Positions 29,642-38,855 of a stretch of DNA of 43,944 nt are shown one piece after another. The DNA is from an uncultured Muribaculaceae bacterium (GTDB lineage Bacteria; Bacillota_I; Bacilli_A; RF39; UBA660): positions 1-43,944 of the forward strand of contig CAZMCS010000001.1 of assembly GCA_964565085.1 (NCBI GenBank), written 5' to 3'. A program made the position numbers and the translations under genes. The notes under the pieces are model-generated. The model saw only the letters and a program-made list of their open reading frames with translations. It did not search any database and was not told the DNA's origin. Each line of letters opens with the position of its first letter. Position 1 is the stretch's first letter.

Positions 29642-29827
29642 ATGAAAAAAATATTTACGATAATTAAAAAAATAGTTGTTGCATTATGTATGCTCTATAC
29701 ATTTAATTTGATTGTTGGTAAGATAGGAATAATAATTCCAATAAATATTCCTTCAATAATAATAGTAAGCGCTTTGGGGCTTCCATCTATCTTAGGATTA
29801 TTGATTTTATATAAAGTTATAGTGTAG
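29642..29827 (+). CDS. bofA: Pro-sigma-K processing inhibitor BofA (short form)
   Basis: A two-TM 61-aa protein. GIIIPINIPSIIIVSALGLPSILGLLILYKVIV resembles the BofA C-terminal motif (HIPINxxT...GxxGIPG). Its position after recR matches B. subtilis. Confidence 0.75.
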   Translation: MKKIFTIIKKIVVALCMLYTFNLIVGKIGIIIPINIPSIIIVSALGLPSILGLLILYKVIV

Positions 29828-29835
29828 GAGGTTAT

Positions 29836-30669
29836 ATGAGTAGTAAAATTGAGCAATATTTTATTAATATGAAGAAACTGAATAAAATTGGACATGCCTT
29901 TTTAATTGGAAATGAAACTTTAGATAAAATTGAAATATCTTTAAACGATATAATTTCAAAATATATTTTAAATGAAGAAACAGATATTCGCAATTGTTCT
30001 GATATTTATGTTATAATTCCAAATGGAACTTCTATAAATAAAGATCAAATGTTGGAACTCCAAAAGAATTTAAAAACGACTTCTCAAATACATGATAAAA
30101 AGATATATATAATAAGTGAATGTGAAAAATTAAATCCACAAGCTGCTAATAGTTTATTAAAAATATTAGAAGAACCTGAACGAGATATATTTGCTTTTTT
30201 AATTACTGGTAATATTAATAAAGTTATGGAAACTATAAAATCTAGATGTCAGATTTTGTTTTTAGCCAGTTCGATAAATCAGGAAAATATATATCAAACT
30301 ATAGATGAAACAACTTTTATAAATATAGTTGAATTTATAAAGAATCTAGAAGGAAGGCAATGTAAAAGTATTGCATATATTAATAAATTATTTGATAAAA
30401 CTACTGAAAAAAGTGATTTAAAAAATATATTTAATATAATGGAATATTTTTATATGGATTGTTTAAATTATTTCCTGGATAAAAATATAGAATATTTTAT
30501 AAATGATGAAATTTTAATAAAAGGAATTTCAAATAGAAATACTATAAAATCTATAACAAACAAAATTTTAATAATAAATTCAATAATAAATAAAATTGAT
30601 TATAACTTGAATGTTAATTTATTATTAGATAAAATTATAATAGAGTTTGGAAGGTGTAAAAATGCTTAA
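29836..30669 (+). CDS. holB: DNA polymerase III delta-prime subunit
   Basis: HAFLIGNE, AANSLLKILEEPE and KSRCQIL motifs. Followed by yaaT/ricT, as in Bacillus. Confidence 0.85.
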   Translation: MSSKIEQYFINMKKLNKIGHAFLIGNETLDKIEISLNDIISKYILNEETDIRNCSDIYVIIPNGTSINKDQMLELQKNLKTTSQIHDKKIYIISECEKLNPQAANSLLKILEEPERDIFAFLITGNINKVMETIKSRCQILFLASSINQENIYQTIDETTFINIVEFIKNLEGRQCKSIAYINKLFDKTTEKSDLKNIFNIMEYFYMDCLNYFLDKNIEYFINDEILIKGISNRNTIKSITNKILIINSIINKIDYNLNVNLLLDKIIIEFGRCKNA

Positions 30670-31477
30670 TATTATTGGAATAGAATTTAAAGACAATGGT
30701 AAAGTTTATTATTTTAATTCGAAAGATTTAAATGTAGTAATAAACGATAATGTAGTTGTAGAAACAGAACGTGGTCTTCAATTTGGTAAAGTCGTAACAG
30801 AGGTTAAAGAAATATCTAATAATGCGGCGAGTCGTAACTTACATGAGGTTATTAGAATAGCTTCTAAAGATGATCAATATCAATATTTAAGAAATATTGA
30901 AGAAGCAAAAAAAGCTTTGTTAAAAGCTACTAAACTCGCAAAAGAATTAAATTTAGATATGAGATTTACCGAAGTTTGTTATACATTTGATAGAAATCAA
31001 TTAATATTATATTTCTTATCAGAGAATAGAGTTGATTTTAGAGAATTAGCAAAACAATTAGCTGCGATTTATAGAACTAGAATTGAATTAAGACAAATAG
31101 GAGTTAGAGATAAAGCAAAAGAAATATCAGGTATAGGGCCTTGCGGGAGGCAATTATGTTGTGCATCATTTTTAAATGATTTAGATGCAGTTAGTATTTC
31201 AATGGCTAAAAATCAAAATTTAGCTTTAAATCCAACTAAGATAAATGGTTTATGTGGAAGATTGCTTTGTTGTTTGAATTATGAAGATGATTTATATACT
31301 GAAAACAAAGAAGGAATGCCTGATATTGGAGATATAGTTAAAACAGATAAAGGCGAAGGAGTAGTTGTAGCAGTTAACATTTTGAATAGAGAATATACTA
31401 TTAATGTTGAAGGCGAAGGAAAAATAGAAATTAAAATGGAAAATAATTGTGAAAGATGTGGAAAATGTAAAAAATAG
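30662..31477 (+). CDS. ricT: PSP1-domain protein RicT/YaaT (stage 0 sporulation / RNase Y maturation complex)
   Basis: GIEFKDNGKVYYF, VVVETERGLQFGKV, IYRTRIELRQIGVRD, GPCGRQLCCASFL..CGRLLCCLNYE. The ATG at 30662 follows GGAAGGTG. Confidence 0.9.
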   Translation: MLNIIGIEFKDNGKVYYFNSKDLNVVINDNVVVETERGLQFGKVVTEVKEISNNAASRNLHEVIRIASKDDQYQYLRNIEEAKKALLKATKLAKELNLDMRFTEVCYTFDRNQLILYFLSENRVDFRELAKQLAAIYRTRIELRQIGVRDKAKEISGIGPCGRQLCCASFLNDLDAVSISMAKNQNLALNPTKINGLCGRLLCCLNYEDDLYTENKEGMPDIGDIVKTDKGEGVVVAVNILNREYTINVEGEGKIEIKMENNCERCGKCKK

Positions 31478-31496
31478 TTTACATTTTTTTATAAAT

Positions 31497-31512
31497 TATT
31501 TCCCGGGAAATA
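31497..31512. promoter_or_regulatory. Noc-binding site (NBS) copy between ricT and pth
   Basis: TATTTCCCGGGAAATA. The perfect palindrome is 24 bp (31493-31516). It is followed by TTTTTATT and then TATAAT at 31524-31529. Confidence 0.75.
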
Positions 31513-31546
31513 ATTTTTTATTGTATAATATATTTAAGGAGAAAGT

Positions 31547-32095
31547 ATGAAATTAATAGTTGGTCTCGGAAATCCTGGTAAGGAATATGAAAAAACAAGA
31601 CATAATATAGGTTTTATGGCTATTGATTCATATTGTTCTAAAAAAAACTTGTCATTTAAAAAAAAGTTTAATGGTATATATGCGAAAGATGTAGTAAATG
31701 GAGAAGAAATTATTTTTTTAAAACCACAAAGTTTTATGAATTTATCAGGGGATGTTATAAATAAGTATATGAATTTCTTTAAAATAACTATTGATAATAT
31801 ATTGATTATATATGACGATGTTGATTTTGAAATAGGTATTTTAAAATTAAAGCCTGATGGGTCTTCAGGAGGGCACAATGGAATAAAGAATATTATAAAT
31901 AAACTTGGTACTTCAAATTTTAAAAGAATAAGAATTGGTATTTCAAAACATAATGAGAATATGGTTAATTATGTGTTAGGAAAGTTCTCAAAGGATGAAA
32001 TGAAAAAAATTAATGAAATTATAGATACCATAATTAGAATAATCGAGGATTATACGAAATTAAGTTTTGAAAATTTAATGAACAAATATAATTAG
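31547..32095 (+). CDS. pth: Peptidyl-tRNA hydrolase
   Basis: MKLIVGLGNPGKEYEKTRHNIGF, GGHNGIKNI. 182 aa. Confidence 0.96.
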   Translation: MKLIVGLGNPGKEYEKTRHNIGFMAIDSYCSKKNLSFKKKFNGIYAKDVVNGEEIIFLKPQSFMNLSGDVINKYMNFFKITIDNILIIYDDVDFEIGILKLKPDGSSGGHNGIKNIINKLGTSNFKRIRIGISKHNENMVNYVLGKFSKDEMKKINEIIDTIIRIIEDYTKLSFENLMNKYN

Positions 32096-32102
32096 GTGAT
32101 TT

Positions 32103-35100
32103 ATGAAAAGCACTTTATATAAGAATCTATTCGATTTCAATGTAAAAAATGAAATGAGAATATCAATAAATAAGAATGAAATATATAATCAGTTGTTATT
32201 ATATATTTTTAATTCGCTTCAAAATAATTTAATACTATTAACCTCAAATTTGCATGAAGCCACTAATATGTATAATAATTTAAGAAATTACATTGATGAT
32301 ATATATTTATTTCCTGAAGATGATTTGTTAACGAAAAAAGCAATAGCAACCTCTCCTGAATTACTTTATATGAGATTAAAATTTTTAAATAATCTAAAAT
32401 TCAATCAAAACAACAAAATAGTAATTTGTCATTTAAACAGTTTTCTTAAAAAATTGCCTAATTATTCAATTTATGAACAAAAAACAATAAAATTGAAAAT
32501 TAATCAAAAATTTGATAGAAATGAATTAATAAATAAATTAAATAATATTGGATATAAAAAAGATTATATAGTGTCTAATACTGGAGATTTTTCAGTCAGA
32601 GGCTTCGTAATAGATGTTTTTCCAATTGAAGAAGAACATCCAATTAGAATTGAATTTTATGGGAATGATATTGAAAAAATTAAATATTTTGATGAAAACA
32701 CGCAATTATCTATTCAATCATTAGATAATATAATTATAAAACCTATAATTGATGAATTTAATAGTAATGAAATTTCTATTATAGAATACTTTAATAATCC
32801 ATATGTGATAATACAAGACATAGATCAAATAAAAAATGCAGAAAAACATTTAATTAGTCAATTAAAATACTATGACACAGAAAAAAGAAATTTTATAAAT
32901 TTTGATGACAGTAAAATTTATAATAAAATATACATAGATTTAATAAATAATGTAGGTAATTATGATTTAGTTGTAAAATCTAAAGATATTAATAATTATA
33001 ATGAAGACTTTAAAAGATTTATAAAAGACTTAAATATTTATAAAGACTCAATATTAGTAACTTTAAATGAAAAGTTATTAAATCAAATAAAAAAAGAAAA
33101 AATTAATCTTAAAGTAATAAAAGAATATTTAAATAAAGGGTTTGAATATAAAGGGTTTGAATATAAAGGTAAATATTATTATTCTGAAAATGATTTAAAA
33201 AAGATTGAAAATACTTCTATGAGTAAAGATTTATACAAATTTGGAAAGAAAATAAATTCTGTTGATAAAATAAAAGTTGGTGACTATGTAGTTCATAAAA
33301 CAAATGGAATTGGTATATACATGGGAATTAAAACAATTACTAAGGATTTGATAAAAAAAGATTATATTTTAATTAAATATAAAGGAAATGACAAATTATA
33401 TTTGCCTGTCGAGAATATAGATAAGTTATATAAATATTCTTCTAAAGAAGGTGCAAAACCTGTTATTCATAAACTCAATAGTTTAGAATGGAAGAAAACA
33501 AAACTAAAAATTAAATCTAGAATTAAGAATATAACAGAAGAGTTATTAAAAATATATAGGGAAAGACAATCTGCAATAGTTGAATCTTTTACTGAAGATA
33601 ATGAAATTCAACAGGTTTTTGAAGGTGAATTTATATATGAAGAAACTTTGGATCAATTAAAAGCAACAGAAGAGATAAAAAAGGATTTGGAAAGTGGTAA
33701 ACCAATGGACAGATTACTTTGTGGAGATGTTGGATATGGGAAAACTGAAGTTATTTTTAGAGCTATATTTAAAAGTGTAATGAATAATAAACAAGTTATG
33801 TATTTATGTCCTACAACACTTCTTTCATATCAACAATATCTTTCATCATTGGAAAGATTTAAGAACTACGCAATAAATATTGAATTTATAAATAGAAATA
33901 AAACTAAAAAAGAAGCGCAGGAAATTATTAAAAAGCTTAAAGAAGGTAAGATTGATGTAATTTTTGGAACTCATAGATTGCTAAGCAAAGATGTTGGATT
34001 TAACGATTTAGGTTTACTTGTAATTGATGAAGAACATAGATTTGGAGTTGAACATAAAGAAAAAATAAAAAAGATAAAGAAAAATGTTCACGTTTTAAGT
34101 GTTTCTGCGACTCCTATCCCCAGATCTTTACAAATGTCATTAATAGGTATAAGAGATTTATCAATTATAGATACTCCTCCTAAAAAGAGATATCCAGTTC
34201 AAACATATGTTATAAATTATAATGAAATGTTATTAAGAGAAATCGTATTAAAAGAAATTAATAGAAATGGTCAAGTATTCATACTATTTAATAAAATAAA
34301 TAGAATTGAAAATATAAGTAAGAAGTTCTCTCAACTTATACCTGAAGCTAAAATAAGATATGCACATGGACAAATAGATAAAGAAGAGATGCAGGATGTA
34401 CTTTTAAAATTTATGAACAATGAATTTAATGTTTTAATAAGTACCACTATTATTGAAAATGGAATTGATATTCCAAATGCAAATACAATTATTATAATTG
34501 ATGCTGAAAAGTTTGGACTCAGTCAATTATATCAAATAAGAGGAAGAGTGGGTAGAAGTGATCGAATAGCTTATGCTTATTTAATGTATGATAAAACCAA
34601 AATATTGACTGAAACGGCATCTAAAAGATTGGAAGCTATTAAAGAATTTACTGAATTAGGAAGTGGATATAAAATCTCTATGAGAGATTTAAGTATTCGT
34701 GGAGCAGGAGATATTTTAGGAAAAGAACAAGCGGGTTTTATAGATTCTGTTGGTATGGATATGTATTTACAACTTGTAAATGAAGAAATTAATAATGTAG
34801 AAGAAGACTCAGAAGAAAAAGCAATAGTAATTGGAGATATTGAAACTCACATAGATAAAAGTTATGCAGAAGAGGATGAAGTAGTTATAGATTTACATAA
34901 AAAGATAAAATCTATTAATAGTGAAAAAGATATTTTAGAACTTAAAAATGAAATAAAAGATAGATTTGGTAAAATTGATGAGATACTTGAAATATATATA
35001 TATCAGACTTTTCTTGAAAAGATTCTTGAAGAACTACACATCAAATTATTTGAAAATAATAATATAAAAGTAAGTTTAAAAATAAATTCTGAATTAATAA

Positions 35101-35273
35101 ATACACTTAATATGGAAGATTTATTTATTAATGCATCAAATATTAATAAAAAGTTTAGATTTATATATAAAAATAAGTTTTTATTAATATCTTTGATTAA
35201 AACTAACTTAGAAAAACATTATATTCATTATTTACTAGACATAGTAAATTATATAAAGAAAAAAGTAAATTAA
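32103..35273 (+). CDS. mfd: Transcription-repair coupling factor Mfd
   Basis: CarD-like RID (VGDYVVHKTNGIGIY), helicase motifs GDVGYGKTEV, LLVIDEEHRFGV and QLYQIRGRVGRS, plus a TRG motif region. The N-terminal UvrB-homology module is divergent. 1056 aa. Confidence 0.93.
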   Translation: MKSTLYKNLFDFNVKNEMRISINKNEIYNQLLLYIFNSLQNNLILLTSNLHEATNMYNNLRNYIDDIYLFPEDDLLTKKAIATSPELLYMRLKFLNNLKFNQNNKIVICHLNSFLKKLPNYSIYEQKTIKLKINQKFDRNELINKLNNIGYKKDYIVSNTGDFSVRGFVIDVFPIEEEHPIRIEFYGNDIEKIKYFDENTQLSIQSLDNIIIKPIIDEFNSNEISIIEYFNNPYVIIQDIDQIKNAEKHLISQLKYYDTEKRNFINFDDSKIYNKIYIDLINNVGNYDLVVKSKDINNYNEDFKRFIKDLNIYKDSILVTLNEKLLNQIKKEKINLKVIKEYLNKGFEYKGFEYKGKYYYSENDLKKIENTSMSKDLYKFGKKINSVDKIKVGDYVVHKTNGIGIYMGIKTITKDLIKKDYILIKYKGNDKLYLPVENIDKLYKYSSKEGAKPVIHKLNSLEWKKTKLKIKSRIKNITEELLKIYRERQSAIVESFTEDNEIQQVFEGEFIYEETLDQLKATEEIKKDLESGKPMDRLLCGDVGYGKTEVIFRAIFKSVMNNKQVMYLCPTTLLSYQQYLSSLERFKNYAINIEFINRNKTKKEAQEIIKKLKEGKIDVIFGTHRLLSKDVGFNDLGLLVIDEEHRFGVEHKEKIKKIKKNVHVLSVSATPIPRSLQMSLIGIRDLSIIDTPPKKRYPVQTYVINYNEMLLREIVLKEINRNGQVFILFNKINRIENISKKFSQLIPEAKIRYAHGQIDKEEMQDVLLKFMNNEFNVLISTTIIENGIDIPNANTIIIIDAEKFGLSQLYQIRGRVGRSDRIAYAYLMYDKTKILTETASKRLEAIKEFTELGSGYKISMRDLSIRGAGDILGKEQAGFIDSVGMDMYLQLVNEEINNVEEDSEEKAIVIGDIETHIDKSYAEEDEVVIDLHKKIKSINSEKDILELKNEIKDRFGKIDEILEIYIYQTFLEKILEELHIKLFENNNIKVSLKINSELINTLNMEDLFINASNINKKFRFIYKNKFLLISLIKTNLEKHYIHYLLDIVNYIKKKVN
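33135..33169 (+). repeat. In-frame 15-bp tandem duplication inside mfd
   Basis: AAAGGGTTTGAATAT x2 plus a partial third copy AAAGG, encoding KGFEY-KGFEY-KG. Confidence 0.9.
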
Positions 35274-35758
35274 CTATTATTTACTTTTTTATAATTTTGC
35301 TTAGAATTTTCAATTACTTTTATAGCTTCATTAATTCCATAGAATTTATCTATTGTAACTTGAACTTTTTGTAGATTTTTGTAATTTTGGAAGAAATCTT
35401 TAATTTCAATTAATTTATGTTCAGGTATATCATTCATTTCAACTATTTCATTAAATCTTGGGTCTTTATCTACAACACCTATAATTTTTTCATCTTCAAA
35501 TCCATTATCTGTGACTTTTAGTAATCCAATAACCCTGGCATCTACTATGCACCCCGGGAATGTAGGATAAGAACTTATAATTAATATGTCAAGTGGATCT
35601 CCATCACCTGCTAAAGTCTCATCTATATAACCATATTCTCCAGGATAAGTTAAAGCAGAATATAATACCCTGTCAAGTTTTATTTTCCCAGTATTTTTAT
35701 TAATTTCAAATTTATTTTTTGTACCCATTGGTATTTCAATTACAGATTCTACAATCAT
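35270..35758 (-). CDS. ppa: Inorganic pyrophosphatase, family I
   Basis: EIPMGTKNKFE, YPGEYGYI, DGDPLDIL, GVVDKDP. The stop codon overlaps the mfd stop (TTAA). Confidence 0.93.
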   Translation of the reverse strand: MIVESVIEIPMGTKNKFEINKNTGKIKLDRVLYSALTYPGEYGYIDETLAGDGDPLDILIISSYPTFPGCIVDARVIGLLKVTDNGFEDEKIIGVVDKDPRFNEIVEMNDIPEHKLIEIKDFFQNYKNLQKVQVTIDKFYGINEAIKVIENSKQNYKKVNNS

Positions 35759-35796
35759 GTTAAATCACGCTCTTTCTATTAAAAAGTATATTTTAA

Positions 35797-35825
35797 TTAC
35801 ATTTAAATGTCAATAAAGGTATAAT
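35797..35825 (+). promoter_or_regulatory. Putative promoter of spoVT
   Basis: TTACAT (35797-35802), 17 nt, TATAAT (35820-35825). A 14-bp palindrome TTTACTTAAGTAAA (35831-35844) lies between the -10 and the SD. Confidence 0.4.
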
Positions 35826-35867
35826 AAAACTTTACTTAAGTAAACTAAAAAATAAAGAGGTGTGATT

Positions 35868-36389
35868 ATGAAATCTACTGGAGTTGTTAGAAAGATTGAT
35901 GAACTTGGAAGAATAGTTATTCCGAAAGAAATAAGAAGAACACTTAATATAAATGATGGAGAAGAAGTGGAAATTTTTGTTGATAATGAAAGCATAATTT
36001 TAAAAAAATATTATAGATTGCTTACATTAAAGGAAATAGCCAAGAAATATATAGATAAGATGGAAAAGTATATAAATTGTGATTTAATTATAACTGATAG
36101 AGAGAAAGTAATGCTGAGTTTTAAAGAATCATATAAAACCTTGGTGCAAGAAAATATAAGTAAAAACATTTATGATATAATTAATGAAAGAAAACAAATA
36201 AATGAGAAGGGTAAATTATCAATTACTAGAGACACATTTATAGAGGCATACTATTTAATTATTCCAATTGTAGTTAATGCTGATTCAATTGGAAGTATAA
36301 TATGTATAAGCAATGAAATAATAAGTGAAAAAGTTATTTTAATCGCAGAAATAATTAATATTCTTCTAAAAACACATTTAGAAAATTAA
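35868..36389 (+). CDS. spoVT: Stage V sporulation transcription regulator SpoVT (AbrB-type SpoVT/AbrB N-domain plus GAF-like C-domain)
   Basis: MKSTGVVRKIDELGRIVIPKEIRRTLNINDGEEVEIFVD is the swapped-hairpin AbrB fold. The ~174 aa length and position after mfd match SpoVT rather than AbrB. Confidence 0.88.
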   Translation: MKSTGVVRKIDELGRIVIPKEIRRTLNINDGEEVEIFVDNESIILKKYYRLLTLKEIAKKYIDKMEKYINCDLIITDREKVMLSFKESYKTLVQENISKNIYDIINERKQINEKGKLSITRDTFIEAYYLIIPIVVNADSIGSIICISNEIISEKVILIAEIINILLKTHLEN

Positions 36390-36478
36390 TATTGTAAAAT
36401 TCTGTCAAATAATGAAATATATTGTCTAAACAATTGTAATGTTTTATAAAACCTGATATATTGTGTGTGATGATATTT

Positions 36479-36670
36479 ATGAATACTATAAAGGCATTAT
36501 TTAAACAGAAGTTTAATAAGCGGTTTGTTGTAGGAGTTATCATAGTAATTATTATTACAAGTATTTTGTTTATGATAAAGATGGAAAATCTTTACGATTA
36601 TTTATTTATTTTAGGGTTTGCATATTTTACCATAAAGTTTTTGTATTTCCAATTTTATAGAGATAATTAA
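36479..36670 (+). CDS. Hypothetical small two-TM membrane protein
   Basis: ORF-track entry 36461-36670. Hydrophobic segments are VVGVIIVIIITSILFMI and YLFILGFAYFTIKFLYF. There is no convincing SD and the start is uncertain. Confidence 0.3.
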   Translation: MNTIKALFKQKFNKRFVVGVIIVIIITSILFMIKMENLYDYLFILGFAYFTIKFLYFQFYRDN

Positions 36671-36679
36671 GGAGTATAG

Positions 36680-37432
36680 ATGTTAACAGATACACACGCG
36701 CATATTTATAATGAAACATATAACAATATAGAAGAAATAATTGCAAGTTCTATAAACGCGGGTGTAAATAGAATTATCAATTGTGCGGATAGTATTAAAA
36801 ATGCTAAAGAAATAGTAGCACTTTCTGAAATATATGAAAGTGTTTTATATTGCGCAATAGGGATCCATCCTCATAATATAGATAGTTTTAATAATGAAGA
36901 TATAAGTAAATTAGAGGACTTAACTAAACACAAAAATGTTATTGCGATAGGAGAAATAGGATTAGATTTTTATTATGTGAAAGATAATAAAAAGGATCAG
37001 ATAAAATTGTTTAAAACTCAATTAGACTTGGCTCAAAGATTAAAAATGCCGGTAATAATTCATTCCAGGAATGCTACAAAAGAAACACTAGATATTTTGA
37101 AAGAATACAAATTAAAAGGAATTATTCATTGTTTTACAGAGAATTTGGAAACTGCAAAAAAATATATTAATATGGGTTATTTGTTAGGAGTAGGTGGAAT
37201 TCTAACTTTTAAGAACAGTGATTTAAGTAAAGTAATCAAAGAAATAGATTTGGAATATATTGTATTGGAAACAGATTCGCCATATTTAACTCCAGAACCA
37301 TTTAGAAAATATAAAAATGAACCAAAATATACTTTGGAAGTAGCAAAGCTTTTAGCAGAAATAAGGAAAACAAATATAAAAGAAATAGCTAATATCACCA
37401 ATAATAATTTAAGTAAAATTTTTGACTTTTAA
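36680..37432 (+). CDS. tatD: TatD-family metal-dependent DNase/hydrolase (YabD)
   Basis: MLTDTHAHI, AIGEIGLDFYY, IIHSRNA, GIIHCF, LETDSPYL. Confidence 0.92.
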   Translation: MLTDTHAHIYNETYNNIEEIIASSINAGVNRIINCADSIKNAKEIVALSEIYESVLYCAIGIHPHNIDSFNNEDISKLEDLTKHKNVIAIGEIGLDFYYVKDNKKDQIKLFKTQLDLAQRLKMPVIIHSRNATKETLDILKEYKLKGIIHCFTENLETAKKYINMGYLLGVGGILTFKNSDLSKVIKEIDLEYIVLETDSPYLTPEPFRKYKNEPKYTLEVAKLLAEIRKTNIKEIANITNNNLSKIFDF

Positions 37433-37474
37433 CTCATTTTATGCTATAATAGTTAGCGTTTGAAGGTGAAAATT

Positions 37475-38035
37475 ATGAAAGTATATAAGCCGAAGAAAGT
37501 GTTAACTTATCTAAGGATTTTGTTACTCGTAGGAATTGTATTATTTTTAAATAATAATACTTTATCTTACGCTAAAATTCATAAAGTTTATAATAATAAC
37601 TTAAATAAGACTGTAGAGATTAGTGTAATTCAAAAGGCACAAGATGAAATATATTTAGAAGAATTACTTACTGTTAAATCAAGTTTTACGGGGAATTTAA
37701 CTGGATATGCTGGAGATTGTCCAAAATGTTCGGGAATATTGGGTTGTCGTCCAAGAACGAATGTATTGGAAGAGGGAATTTTATTTGATGATACTCAGTA
37801 TGGGACAGTAAGAATTGTAGCAAGTAGTAAAAAATATCCTTGTGGTACTATTATTAGATTTACAATAAATAAGTTGTCAAATGAACCGATAATTGCAATT
37901 ATTATGGATCGTGGAGTTAGAGGGGATGCTATAGACTTATTGACTGAATCAGAAGAATATGCAAGAAACAATATTGGTAGAGTTAAAAACCAAAAGTTTG
38001 ACATTTTAAGATTAGGATGGAATAATGCAAGATGA
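37475..38035 (+). CDS. Secreted 3D/DPBB-domain protein (YabE/MltA-like cell-wall-active protein, short form)
   Basis: N-terminal TM/signal. The C-terminus VRIVASSKKYPCGTIIRF...IIMDRGVRGDAIDLL resembles the 3D-domain Asp triad region. The ATG at 37475 follows GAAGGTGA. TGCTATAAT at 37442-37450 is an extended -10. It sits at the yabE position before rsmA. Confidence 0.55.
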   Translation: MKVYKPKKVLTYLRILLLVGIVLFLNNNTLSYAKIHKVYNNNLNKTVEISVIQKAQDEIYLEELLTVKSSFTGNLTGYAGDCPKCSGILGCRPRTNVLEEGILFDDTQYGTVRIVASSKKYPCGTIIRFTINKLSNEPIIAIIMDRGVRGDAIDLLTESEEYARNNIGRVKNQKFDILRLGWNNAR

Positions 38036-38810
38036 TTTAAAGTTAAAAAAATCACTTGGTCAAAATTTCTTAATAGATCATAATATAATAAATAAGATTA
38101 AGGAATCTCTTAACATTGAAAGAGATTCTTTAATCATAGAAATTGGGCCGGGATCTGGAGCCTTAACAAAAGAATTAATAAAATTTAATGAAAAAGTATT
38201 GTGTTTTGAAATTGATAAAAGATTAAAAAAAGTTTTAGATGAAATAAATGTTGATAATTTACATATAATATATGAGGATTTTTTAAAAGTAGATTTAAAA
38301 AAAGTTTTATCAAAATATAATTACAGCAAGTTATATGTAATTGCTAATATTCCATACTACATAACTTCTAGTATTATAAATAAAGTTATAAATGAAACAA
38401 ATGTTGACGAAATGGTCTTAATGGTTCAAAAAGAAGTTGGAGAAAGAATTATTTCTAAACCAAATTCAAGAAACTATGGTTCGTTAAGTGTGTTTTTACA
38501 ATTTAACTTTAAAATAGAAAAAGTTACAATTGTAAGTAAAAATTGCTTTAGGCCAAAACCTAAAGTAGATAGCATGGTTCTTAAATTTATTTCAAATAAA
38601 AACAAATATATAGTAAATTCTATTGACAAGTTTTATGAACTAGTAAGAGAATCTTTTAAATATAAGAGAAAAAATTTAAAAAATAACTTATGTGAATATG
38701 ATTTAGAGAAAATAAATAAAGTTTTAAAAAAATATAATAAAGATTTAACATTTAGAGCTGAAAGTATTACAATTGAAGAGTTTATAGATATATCTAACGA
38801 AATAAGTTAG
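38025..38810 (+). CDS. rsmA: 16S rRNA (adenine1518/1519-N6)-dimethyltransferase
   Basis: KKSLGQNFLID, EIGPGSGALT, ANIPYYITS. Confidence 0.95.
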   Translation: MQDDLKLKKSLGQNFLIDHNIINKIKESLNIERDSLIIEIGPGSGALTKELIKFNEKVLCFEIDKRLKKVLDEINVDNLHIIYEDFLKVDLKKVLSKYNYSKLYVIANIPYYITSSIINKVINETNVDEMVLMVQKEVGERIISKPNSRNYGSLSVFLQFNFKIEKVTIVSKNCFRPKPKVDSMVLKFISNKNKYIVNSIDKFYELVRESFKYKRKNLKNNLCEYDLEKINKVLKKYNKDLTFRAESITIEEFIDISNEIS

Positions 38811-38855
38811 ATATATTTCTTTTCTTTTTTTCATATTATTAACTAGGTGATATTT

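Noticed and set aside
29695-29895. A 66-aa minus-strand ORF overlapping bofA and holB.
   Set aside because: It is antisense to two syntenic, motif-supported genes and has no independent support.
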